DNA from: Podarcis melisellensis | Taxonomy: Eukaryota | NCBI GenBank assembly: GCA_964234715.1 | Contig: OZ174276.1 | DNA: 64,000 nucleotides | Reading direction: 5' to 3' (one strand) | Position numbers and translations under genes: made by a program | The notes under the pieces: model-generated | Told to the model about the DNA's origin: nothing | The model's database searches: none | The model's input: only the letters and a program-made list of their open reading frames with translations | Shown: positions 1-12,000 of the stretch, in pieces | Position numbering within the stretch: the first letter of the stretch is position 1 | Layout of the letters: every line of letters begins with the position of its first letter

Positions 1-3000
1 ACTATAGTGCTACTTCTGAAAGCACTTTCCTGACATTGTTTTGCACAACCTGTCTTGGACTGTCCCACCCATTCTGTTCCTGATTTGCCACTTTGGCCTA
101 GCAGCGATTAGCACAGTTGTCATGTGCTTCCATTGGAGCTGCCACTCCTTGACCGCCAGCGCCCTGGGGGTCCAGTGTGCAGCTCTGTCCTTCAGGATGC
201 TTGCTTCCACAGCATCCATTCACCCGTCGGTTGTTGGATGAATGAATCTAGAACCTCTGACATAGGTTTGGGCTGCCAAAGCAATTGCCATAGAAGTGAA
301 AACAAGAGATCTCTATAAACGCTTGAGGCAGCTTGCGTCGAAGTGAATGGCAGCATTGGGGGATTGGGGAATGGTTCTGTGCATGTGCAGGTTAGAATGG
401 CTGCCAAGAAAATCTCCTGGGAATATGTGCATCAATATTCGGATGCTTCGCAAGGCAGTGTTCCAGTCAAGCCAGTAACGAAGCAAACTGATCTCATCTG
501 CAGCTTCTGGGGGCTTTTCACATACATGGGGAACAAGGGGTGACCTCACTAATGTGGAATGTGCTTTGCTTAGTGTAAGAGGGGGGCCTGTTCTCCTGGG
601 GGTTATTGTCAGCATAACAAGTTTGCCAATGATGTCATTTATTCAAAGCGTGCTGCAGCAGGCTTTAAGGACACAGGAAGGGCTTTTCGAAAGCCGAAGT
701 TTCTGTTTTAGTAATAAATGGAACCAAAGTTCTCCAGGTTGGCTGTAGAAAAATTTTATTGGAAAAGGAAGCATTACCAGGTGCTGACTCCTGTTATACC
801 ACTAGTGCCAGATCTTAATAGCCAAAAGGCTCTTAACTCAGAACTGTGGTGGTAAATGTTAAGTGACAACAAGAACTGGTGGAAAACAAACCTGAGCTTG
901 GACTTAAATAGTGATCACTTAGCAAATGTGCCACAGATGTTTTCTAAGCAGCATAATAAAGCACCCCAGTATTCATTCCCATACTTCATGGCATCCCACT
1001 TGTTGGCATCTGTCTCAAGAGGTCAAATTAGCAACACCAAAGTGACCTCCCTGAGGCACAAGCCTGGGCAGTGTGTGTGGAGCTCCTGGGCTGCCCAGGG
1101 TACAAGACTGTCCCCCCAGACTCACTGCTGTGGTTCAAAGGAAAGCAGAGCAATGCTTTTGGCACCAGAGTGGCTGCAGGAGTTGCCAGAAGGAGGGGTA
1201 CAAGGCACCATCCAGCCGTCTTAAGGACTATACTCTGGATATGTGTAGGGTTTATTCTTGAGCCATTTCTTCTCCTGAAGTTATCTCATAAGGCAGTGGA
1301 GTTTTAAGATCAGAGTATTCCTTCTAGATGGGCTACCTTCCCAGGTTGACGAGCTGCCTTCTAGGCTGTTGGAGTCACTATTGGTCTTGTTTGCTTAATC
1401 CACCAGAGCCTGCGTTTGCATGCAGGGGGAAGTCGCTAACTTACCAAGGGTTTGAGACCCATTGGTTATCCTCACCTGATTTAGCTGGCCAATGGAAGCC
1501 ATTCCCGGGTGTGGCTACTGTCACATGCTGACAGCTTCTAGGAGCCACAGGTGAGAGCTGAGTGCAGGATGGGGACTAAAGGTGGACAAACTACCCCAGG
1601 AGGGGTACAGTGTGTCTCCTACCAGAGTTACCATCCCTCCCCTAACACCCCATACCTTTTTATTTAAAATGCCTACCGCATTCTTTAAAAGCACAATCCT
1701 CTTGGGAGAAGAACTTTGTTAATGTGGCTCTGGTTGCATGAGGTTCAGTTCACACTGCTTTCAGGGTAACATGAAAACCTCCCACTTAATACTAACACTT
1801 AAGCCGCACCCATTTTGATATGTGGCCCCCGGAGGGCTGACAATGGGTCCTTGTGGCCCTTTACCCAAAGAACCACAGGTCTGTCTGCAACAGACTCTTG
1901 ATTTGAAACATGACGTGCAACAGCTTTATCTTCCCTAGTTTACAAGACACCTAAGGATGCATTTGCAGCCATTGTAAGGCAACTGATGATGGCGGGATTG
2001 GGATCTTGTGGCCCTCCACTTGGTGGACCAACTCACATCAGCTGCAACCAGGGATGGTGGGAGATGTAGTCAGCAGCATATGGATAGTCACATATCCCCC
2101 CTCCCCCACGCCTTTTCTAGTATGTTCTGTATTTTCCTTGTAGTATCATACTCTGGCTCTTTCCTGGTGTCTGAAAAGATCAGTGTCCAGAATGGTAGCT
2201 GTGTTAGTTGTCTTGTAGCAGGAACATCAAATTCATGTGGCACTATCAAGTCCAACACAGTTATTATGATGCAAGCTTTCATGGACTCTGACCAAATGGT
2301 GGAGTTCTGCCTTCAAGGAAATCTGCAAATATCATTTCTATTCACAACTCTTGCACTGCTCCTTCCTGCAACATGTTTATTCTCTGTACTAGAGTTCAGA
2401 GATCATGTCCTCTTGCTATGGTTTGGACCCACAGGCTTGAGTCTTAAGGTCAGGAGGAATGACCTGTTTCAGACATTACGACAATTCATGTCCTGCCATA
2501 ATGGGAACAATTTGTAGTGAGACATGTGTACATATGCTTCCATTGTTTGATGGCTTGCAACATGCCATTTCCTGCAAACTCAACAAGCTGTGTCTGATGT
2601 TGCCTAAAAGACCTATCTTAAGGTAAGCATATGAAGCCAAACTCTCTGCTACAACTAGAAAGCTATTTGGCACCCTCTGTTTGCTTTGTCATGGGGGTGA
2701 TCTGCTTCCAAGGAATGCATCTTGCAGATTTAGGCATACGGGGCTGCTGCGACTTTCCTCAGAGCTATTTCTGGCCCTAAACATCATTTATGCTTTTAAT
2801 GGTCATGTTTTAGACTCTTCTCTTGTCAGTTGTTGGTGGTTAACATGCTGGTGAACAATGTGCCTCTCCCAAGTGAAAGTGTGTGTGGATGTGAGCATAT
2901 GCACACCGCATTGCAGCATGGCAGCAGAACCTTTGCTGCTGCCCCTTTAAGGCATATAGTAATCTTTGCTCAGTTCTAGTGGTTTTTCTTTTTTTAAAAA

Positions 3001-4374
3001 AACTATAAGCTAACAGTACCAAAAATAACATGCTTCGGGTTTATAATAATCTCAGTGGTCACATTTGTCATTTTAAATTGCAGATGTGTCACTAAGCTCT
3101 GCCCTCTGTTCCAGCGGAAGGCCCCCCAAAAAAGAGAAGTTACCAAATTATGTACTACTAGCTGCTGTTATCTGCATGATCTGCATCAAACCTACAAAAC
3201 TGGCTTACACTTTTTCATGGAAAAATAGCTGTGCTATACCAGTGGATTTTAGCCCTTATAGGTTAGAGGAAACACACTTTTTTTTTTTTAGTACCATGGC
3301 CCTTTCTCCCTGCCCCCGACATCCACCTACAAAGTAAAAACAGGTAATGATTGTAAAATGTTGACAGACCCAAGCATCCTGTGGAACCCTGGTTGGAAAA
3401 GGTGCAGTCTAGAAGGCAGCAAGCACGTTAGGTGGGTGTCTGCCTATAAGGCACACCGATTTTCAATGCCTGGAACCCAATGTAAGGGGTCACCCAAGGT
3501 GAAGGGGTGCATTTGGCTACAGAAGAAATCCTGCCATTGAAGTTAGAGCGGCTCGTACCCTTTGAGATACTGTAAAATCCCTTAAAAGAAATGTCATGGC
3601 TGGGGATACTGTATTTTAGTTGTATTGCCTTGTAGAATAATAGCAATCGCTCTGAACTATTACCTTAAGTTTTAAGTACAAAATTCTGAAGGCTGGACAC
3701 TAGGTTTATAAATGATACACCTGTCTCCCTTCCCTAGGAGCCTTGGGTGTAATCTCAAATCAAGGCTAGGCCAGGAGAAGACAATCTCAGTGACATTATT
3801 CTTGCTGAAATCATTGCAAAAAGTGGATACCCTTTCAAGAAATAGTGTGGCTAACAAATACAAATGAACTGGAGGGAATAAATTTGAATTTGCACACCAT
3901 AACCAAGCTAATGGCAAGTATGATGACCAACAGTGGAACAGATAAGAGTGTGTGCTGCCCAGAGCCTGCTGGTAACCATTAAAAAAAATCCAACATAAAA
4001 TCTTTTCTAGAAGTCTTACTTTCCTGCCCTCAACTTACTTTGCTCCCGGCATTTGAAAGCAAGCCCAAATAAAACCTATTTTGGGATTGGGTTAGGAAAA
4101 TCTAGGGGATTGGGCTGCCATTGCAATGGAGCAGCCTTTTTCTCCATGCTCTTGCTGTTCTAAACTAGGTGCACAGGTGGCACAGTCAAGATGCCCAGTT
4201 GCAAAGTGGTGTCAAAGTTTGGAGTTCGTGCTGTTTGCTGAACTTCTTACTTCCACAATCCAAATGGTTGCTATGCCAGTGATTATGTTAAGAACTGGCC
4301 GCCTTTCATTCTTGGCCAGTAGTACTACATAGGAGCTTGTTCACCATAGGTATGTCCCAGTTTGGTCACTTCCA

Positions 4375-4532
4375 GAATCATAATATCATAAAACTGTAGA
4401 GTTGGAAGGGACAAGGGTCACCTAGTCCAACCCCCTGCAATGCAGGAATCTTTTCCCAATGGTGGGGGGACGGGACTTGAACCCATGATCTTTGAGACGT
4501 AAGAGTCTCATGCTCTACCGACTGAGCTATCC
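4375..4532 (-). mobile_element. tRNA-Lys-derived SINE with a CR1-like tail (Squam2-like)
   Basis: Minus strand reads GGATAGCTCAGTCGGTAGAGCATGAGACTCTTA...GGTTCAAGTCCC (A and B boxes), then ...GGTTGGACTAGGTGACC...CCTTCCAACTCT and a degenerate ATGATT-type tail. Confidence 0.75.
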
Positions 4533-5334
4533 TGTTTCAAGTGACAGTTAACCTGGTTTTCTCAAGCTGCCAAATCTAGCTTATAACAATACTGTCCTTC
4601 CTTTGCCCATGTTCTAATCTCTTGCTCGTGCCAGTAAAAAGCATAGTTCTTCTGTGTATTCCAGTTGCCAAGGAAACTGACCACAGTAGCTTATCGTGTT
4701 TCCGCTAATTGTCTTAAGAGCAAATTCCTTGTACTACAGCAGGACAGTTTTTAAAAATTAACAAATTCACTTGGCTCTTATGCAACGAGGTTTTAGTTGG
4801 TGTTTCCCAGTCCAGGCACTCGTGAATAAACTGATCCGTAAACTTTCTTTTGAACGGTGGTCCTGCAGAATAGTGGGTTGCTGGCAAAATGAGAACTGTT
4901 TCTAAGCAAGGCAAAAGGTCCTTTTGGGTGTCCCTCTGGACTGTATTGAAAAGAATTCTTTGGATTGCAGTGCAGAACTTAACCCAGCTAGTAAATGCCA
5001 GTAATAAGCCTGAATAACTATTCTTCTTTTTAGTAAATATTTAACGCTGGTCTCCAGGATCTGACTAATTCCCAGGGCTGCAAGTACATACTTGCGAGAT
5101 TGCTCAGTTTCAGTATTGATCAGTTATGTGAGGTTCACAATGGGCTGTAAGTAGGAGAAGGGGCAGAATGTTACTACTGTTTTGAACGTGTCCCAGGTTT
5201 TAAAATGCATGGGTAACAACCAAAGATATATTTGGAACAAATTAAAGCAATTTCTGAAGAACTAGCATCTGAAAGTGAGAAGGCCACCAGCTAAATACTT
5301 AAAACAATTCACTGTTGGAAAAACAGAAAAGAAT

Positions 5335-5544
5335 CAGTGGTACCTCGGATTACAGACGCTTCAGGTTACAGACTGCTAACCCAGAAATAGTACCTCAGGT
5401 TAAGAACTTTGCTTCAGGATGAGAACAGAAATCGTGCGGCAGCGGGAGATCCCATTAGCTAAAGTGGTACCTCAGGTTAAGAACAGTTTCAGGTTTAGAA
5501 CGGACCTCCAGAACGAATTAAGTTCTTAACCCGAGGTACCACTG
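5335..5544. mobile_element. Non-autonomous Tc1/mariner (Tigger-like) MITE
   Basis: TIRs CAGTGGTACCTCGG / CCGAGGTACCACTG followed by TA; related copies at 25607, 33364 and 34894. Confidence 0.85.
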
Positions 5545-5645
5545 TATGCTAAATTTGTCTTCTCTGGCATAGACTGTCGGCTGATCGGCAGAGATGCCTT
5601 GGCGCCATTTTATTTTGGATTGTTTTATTTGCTGTTTTAATGTGC

Positions 5646-6317
5646 TGTAATAAGAATTTTAAGATCTTAGATATATAATAAATGTTCATAAATATACCAA
5701 GCAAACACATACATAAATATATAAACCACATATCTGAAGCAGCACAGGAGGGCAGTCCTGAAACCATTTTAACTCCCAAACTGACCAAATGTTTCTCTGC
5801 AAGGAGGGAGAAAATGAAAAACAAAACAAAAAAAACCTTCCCATTGTCCCAGGAATTAAGTAATTACCATCTCAAAAGGAATGGCCAGACTACCAGAAAA
5901 GGCAATAGATAAGGCATTATCAGATAACCTGGCAGTCAGGAAAAACAACAACCATCAAATTTCTGTTGTAGACTGCCTTTTCTGTGATGTAGGTATTATG
6001 TTTGTGAGGGGTGGTCTTGGGCTACACCCCTTCTGTGATGTATGTATGGAGGGGTGGTCTGGAGCTCCAGGGCAGGAAATTTCAAAATGGATATATAAGG
6101 CCTTGCTCACCATTGTTCGAGGTCCTCCTGCATGTGCGGGAGCACCCTGTTGCAACAGTCAATAAAGATCAAGCTTACTAGCTGCTTTGCTTCTCAATAT
6201 TCTCTGGTTGGTCTCTGTTATTTTTTCCTACCGATAGACAACCTACAAAAGGATTCTATATGGGCTCTTGGGGACCCCATAAGGGAAAAGGAGCAGTTTT
6301 TTTAAAACTTATATCAC
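5646..6317 (+). mobile_element. Probable solo LTR of an endogenous retrovirus or LTR retrotransposon
   Basis: TG...CA ends with imperfect inverted repeats (TGTAATAAG / CTTATATCA); TATATAA near 6090 and AATAAA near 6160; boundaries uncertain. Confidence 0.45.
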
Positions 6318-8802
6318 TGCATAAAATGATATAGAAATGAAATGAATAATAATGATTAAATCCCCACTCCCAAAAGGCAACTAGACAGTCTTGGAATGAC
6401 TGTAACCTAGGTTGAAGGTGCGATTTGGCGATGAGCTTATATATGAGCTTCTAACATCTCTGGATGTTGTTGGACCATAACTCCAATCATCTATGACCAT
6501 TGGCATTGCTCACTGGGGCTGATGGTAGTTCAGTAACATCTGCAGGGCCACAAGTTATCTGCCCATGCTCTAGTACTCACCACACAAGATCATATGAAGG
6601 CCTCCCCATTGTGTTTCTATAGACAAAGTTTCAGCCTTAAATTTGGAGCACTTTTGACCTGCGGTGCCTGTATCACTATGGAAGCCTGCTTCTGCCTGAA
6701 CCGTTTTTCTTCAGCGATGCTTGTAAATCTTTCCCTGTGGCTAATGGCTCTAAGCAACTCAATTCATTACATTATAGCTCTATCCCTCAGCAGCTAATGT
6801 AGGGCCTGCCCTCATATGACTGCATATTATCTAAAATACAATGATTCAGTTAGGAAATGCGCAGGTAAAAATTTGGTGCCTGCTACCCAAACACATTACT
6901 AGTTTTTGAGTAGAAATGTTTTCCACATAAGGAGGAAATGTCCAATTGATGCAAAATGAGTTCCTACACTTTGTGCGACTTTTGGTTCACTGGTGGAATT
7001 ACTTTAGGCTACTGTTTTCTTGCAAGCCCTTGCAGCTGTGAGAAGAGGCGATTGCACACCCCTTTAAATATTGTGTGCATATTGTAGCTGTATAGTGAAT
7101 TGAGCAATGACCCTCTGGAATCCGACAAATCTCAGACTTCATATGTTAAAAGACCAGTATTCAGCCACAAAGCTAACTTATCTTCAACAGTTGATCTGCC
7201 CTGCAAACCTGGCTTGTGTGAGTCTACATCTTAAATGTTGCAATTTTGCTAAACACTGTTCCTCAGGCCATGTACCTTAATAACCTCCAGACTGAAGCTG
7301 TATTGCTTAAGCAGTTTTAAGATGCAATTAACAAATGACAGTGGCTAGATAGAAATTCCACTGTTAATTGCTCATGAAATATATTTGTGCTTGGGGCCAG
7401 AAACATTACAATAGAGCTTTGCAATGGAGAGAGTTGTGTAGGTGAGCAGTTCCTCATCATGAGACAGTGCCTTGCCATAGTCTGTGAGTCCTCGTCTAGT
7501 TCAAACAGACCTGGCAAATAGGGCTTGATGTGAGTCCTGAAAATATTTGGATAAGAGTTCCCAGGAAGGACTTGTTTTCATAACTATGAATCTTTAAATT
7601 TCCCTGGTGTGATTTTGGTTTTACTACTGGCCAGAGTGGTGGTACACTGCAAACCGCTTCATAAGTTTTCTAGCCGCAGTATCACTTATGCAAGGACTCA
7701 TTTTAAGTTTATTTCTAGATCTCTTTGGTACCCAGTCACAAATAGCTGTTGTAAGAGTCAATATAGAAATGAACTTTTGCTTATTATACATCTGAGCTAG
7801 GTAGTAGGGAAGCTTGCTTTCAAAGTCCATTTTGGTCGGCATGATGCCATTTTAGAAGCACATTCATCTGTTTGGCTTTCTAGTTTCATCAACATACTGA
7901 TGTGTCCTGGGCAAATGTTGACTAGGGTACTAAGGAATTTCTAGCTTGGTAGAAAGTCTGCTACTAATAGTTGAGTGATAAGGAGGGGAAATACTTGGAC
8001 TAAAAATAACATTTTCATACTGATGTGAATAAGCTATAGCCAAATTCGCAATAGCATGGAAATCTAGCTGTGTAAATGCTCCTTTTGTTCTCTAAATTCT
8101 AAATGACTGATGCAGATTGGTTCCATCTTGTCTTTGTATATCTTATTCACCATGTAATGTACCTTTCTACAAGAAAGGTTTGTGTTGTAGAAATAGCTCA
8201 TGGTTTCCACCCCCATTTTTAAACCCAAGGTCTGTTGCTGCCAATCTGCTTAATTTTGCAATTATGCAGATTCTGTAAGAAGCTGAGTAAAACATTAATC
8301 TTAAATCACGGTTGATTCACTCTTGAAGAGAAACCAGAGCAAAGGATTTCTACCCTTTTGGGATATCTACCAGTTAGTATGATTGGCTTACTGCCACTTA
8401 CTATGGAGGTACATAATGACAGTATATAAACTGTTTTACGCTCTCCTGTAGGGCAAGGTCTTGGATTGAGGACAATAGGCTGGTTGTCCTAGTTCCTAAG
8501 ATCACATTATTATGATCTGTCTGTTGACAGTAGACAGCTGAACTGATGGCTTGAGAAGAAACTTGGAGGAAGCTACTCCAACCATGAATCAAGCATATAG
8601 TAAAGTATGTGTAAAAAGATCTCAGTAGATACCTGGGTAGATAGAAAGAACCATTGTGTCTGCCAGTCATATTATCCACCTGACTCCTGTGTGGTTAGAT
8701 TGGTGGCTCAAAGCAAACGCCTTTAAGTGGATTTGTTACCTTTCAGCTTGACTTGATGCCTAATGGTGGTTTTAGTAGTAATTCTGTTCTTCTTCTTTTC
8801 AG

Positions 8803-9051
8803 ATAGTAAAGCTATTGTTGATGGGAACTTGAAGCTAATCCTAGGGTTAGTATGGACCCTTATCCTCCATTACTCAATCTCTATGCCAGTGTGGGAAGAT
8901 GAAGGAGATGACGATGCCAAGAAACAGACTCCCAAACAGAGACTCTTGGGATGGATTCAGAACAAAATCCCTTATTTGCCAATAACGAACTTCAACCAAA
9001 ACTGGCAAGATGGCAAAGCATTAGGTGCCCTCGTTGATAGCTGTGCTCCAG
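8803..9051 (+). CDS. FLNB: FLNB exon 2 (end of CH1, start of CH2)
   Basis: ttttcag| ... CCAG|gtaagc; [10 protein letters not shown]...VDSCAP; 249 nt. Confidence 0.96.
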
Positions 9052-12000
9052 GTAAGCCTCCTGTGACCTTTCCATTTTCTCGCCCTATGTCAGTAGCAGT
9101 TGATTTATCTTTACCTTAATGTAAATAAGATTCCCTTGCTTTGAGAAGTCCTGTACTTGACTAGAAGTCACACCTATGAAAACAAGCTCTAAATGTCTGT
9201 ATAAAAGTCAGGAACCCTTAATGAAGGTTTCACAACTTTTAGGCATTGCTTTAAGTTTGCAATGCGTCATAAAAAAACTTGGTACATATTTTATGGATTC
9301 CAAAATGTCCAATCATAGTTGTTGAGCAGCACGTTTTTAGCTTCATGAAGTATTGCACGGATTCCTAAAAGCTTTTCTACAGTTGTTTTTTAAACAAAAT
9401 ATCCTGGATGTAAATGCAGCAGTAGAGCTGTTTTGTCGTGTTTATGAGCTGTTACCTTTGCTGCACCCAACTCTCAAGTGAATGAGAAGACTATTGGCTA
9501 AGTTAACCTTCTTGTGATCCAGGAGTAGCCAGTAGCCTTATAGATGTTGGCACCTGTTTCTGAGCTAAGAAAAAAAGGATGTTGGTGGACTAACCCTGGC
9601 TGTCACCCCTGGCCGGGGTTGGTGAGAGTGTGGCAGAAGACCATTTTGGCTACTCCTTCTGTTGTCAATAGGATTCTTTAGCATCGTATTTGTTCCTACT
9701 TCTGGCGAAACAATTTTCTGAAAATTCAGCACTGCAGAACAACTTGATAAATGTTGCATCCAGAAATTTAGGGTAATCTTTAGTTGTTGCATATTGTAAA
9801 TGAGAGAGCAGTTTGTTAGAATCATAGAATTTGACCAGACTGGCAGCATGGAGTACTGGAAAAGCCAATCAGTGGTTCAGCAGTCAGTGTAGCTCAGTGG
9901 ATAGTAGGCAGTTCTAATCTGTTAGATCTCTGATTGGCATTGAATCTCTTTCCTCACAAATGGGAGTGGAGGCCAAACAATACGGACAGGATTTATCTCA
10001 CATATCCTGACTTTGCAGTCTGAAAACCTTGGCTACCAGGCTATAATCTCCACTTCCTACTCTTGTGTAATGCAAGTGCACTTCTGTGGGTAGACCTTGA
10101 CAGTTGCTAGCTAAAATTAAAATGGATTTATGCTAAGTGTAAATGCTTCCCGATGTTCATAGTATTTTAAACTTTATAATTCTTGCTTTGCTAGGTCTCT
10201 GCCCAGACTGGGAAACCTGGGACCCTAAGAAGCCTGTTGATAATGCCCGTGAAGCCATGCAGCAAGCAGATGACTGGCTGGGTGTCCCTCAGGTATGGAG
10301 AAGAGAAATGATATTTGAGCTTCAGCTTATCCAGGTGGCAGGATATGAACAGAAATAATTTTACTTGTAGCATCTGATGGTCCCGGTCCCACAAATTCAG
10401 CTGTGCTTAAAAATACCTGCTGTGGTATGAAATGTCATCGTCTCAAATGATTAAAAACAGTGGGTCCTCCACACAGAATACGTTTGATGAGACTGCTTCC
10501 TTGAAAGCTGCCCCTTTAGTGTACAGTAAGCCCGTAACTTATACATGGGTTACATTCTGGGAATCGTGCCTAAATCCAAAGTTCTCTTGGGTTCAATGGT
10601 AGGTGGAATTGTCAGTTGCTACCTGGATCCCCACGCACCCCTCTTATTTTTATTTGCCAAGCCCATAAAGCTGAATGCACACAAATGTGCATAAATCGCA
10701 AACGTACAGTATTGAAAAACTTGAGTTTCCCCTCTCATTTTTACAAGGATATAAGCCCCCCTTCCTTTAAAGGTTGGGCTGGATCCTATCCCTGCTAGAA
10801 ACACTTAATAGTCCTCTGCCTTTATTGAAATAACTCAAATTATGCCCATTATTTGCTCCAGTAAAAGAAAGCACTTACGACTTACTGTGCCAGTGCCAGT
10901 TCAATAAATCTGCCTCGGCGTTTCTCTAAGATTAAGAGCCTTGACTGCTGTTATGTACTTTTGCATTGGTGCTACTGAAGTATTTATTTGACAGGTCTAA
11001 AAAAGTTTGTACATAGAACCTAGGCACTGTTTAGGGGGACCAGTAAAACACTCAGTGCAACTTCAAGTGATTGGCTGTTGGGAGGAAGGTGGCATCATAA
11101 CTTTTTGACTGGCAGTAGTAACTCAACTGCAAATGACCCAGCTACAAAGCTATGTGTGCAAATAAAGTGCACTTAATTCTATGTGTTGCAATTACACGGT
11201 GTAATCTTTCAAAAGGCTTCTTGCTCTTAGGAATGCTACTGGTTAACTATATTTCCAAACTTAGGGATTTATTGGACGGGCAGTGATTTGGATGTGTAGG
11301 AATGTATGAGGGGAACTCGGATTCACATGTTGTAATCCTAATGAAAATATGTCCTTATTTACCAGGTCATCGCTCCTGAAGAAATCATACACCCTGATGT
11401 GGATGAACACTCTGTAATGACCTACTTGTCACAGTTTCCCAAAGCAAAGCTGAAACCTGGTGCGCCTTTGAAGCCCAAGCTTAATCCAAAGAAGGCAAGG
11501 GCGTATGGCAGAGGTGAGGTCTAAAATGCTTTTCTTATAACTTGCGTGTATTGTTTCTTTTATCCTGTTACATACATTCAAAACTATTGTGCTTTAAAAG
11601 ACCAGTTGGTTCTTGCTCTATTTAAATCATGTTTGTAGACAAACTTCCAAGTTGCATTGTATTCGTTTAGTGCAGTGCTGAGATTCAGAAAAATGTGGAA
11701 ATAGTCCAAAAGCCACTCCTACTTTCACATGAAAATTCCCACTTTGAGAACCAGTTTAGCAAGGCTATTGTCTTGTTCTAAGCTGTAAACCTAAACTTCA
11801 TCACTGTCAGTGGGAGGGGACCAGTTGCTTCATGTAAGGCAGTGGTTCCCAAACATTTTTCCATCATGGACCACCTAGAAAGTTGCAGAGGGTCCAGTCC
11901 ACTTAATGGTATTTCTGCCTGTTGTAGCAATTGTAATCCACTGTGCTGTATGGTCTTTAATTGTATTTTGAATGCTGCTTTTATTTTGCACAAATTGCAT

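Noticed and set aside
1150-1655. Possible interspersed repeat resembling an RTE-type 5' region
   Set aside because: It looks repeat-derived, but I could not define ends, TSDs or family without a library search.
2008-2517. 169-aa ORF in intron 1
   Set aside because: GTG start, no recognisable domain and no supporting splice signals; consistent with a chance intronic ORF.
4455-4532. Apparent tRNA-Lys gene on the minus strand
   Set aside because: The anticodon and variable regions are disrupted and it continues into a CR1-like tail, so it is a SINE head rather than a tRNA gene.
10522-10710. Degenerate Tigger-like element; also 54312-54520, MIR-like pieces near 21235-21320 and 51360-51455, and decayed MITEs near 6447, 14470, 24511, 47444 and 62585
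   Set aside because: Too diverged to delimit reliably and ordinary as old repeats, so not listed as features.
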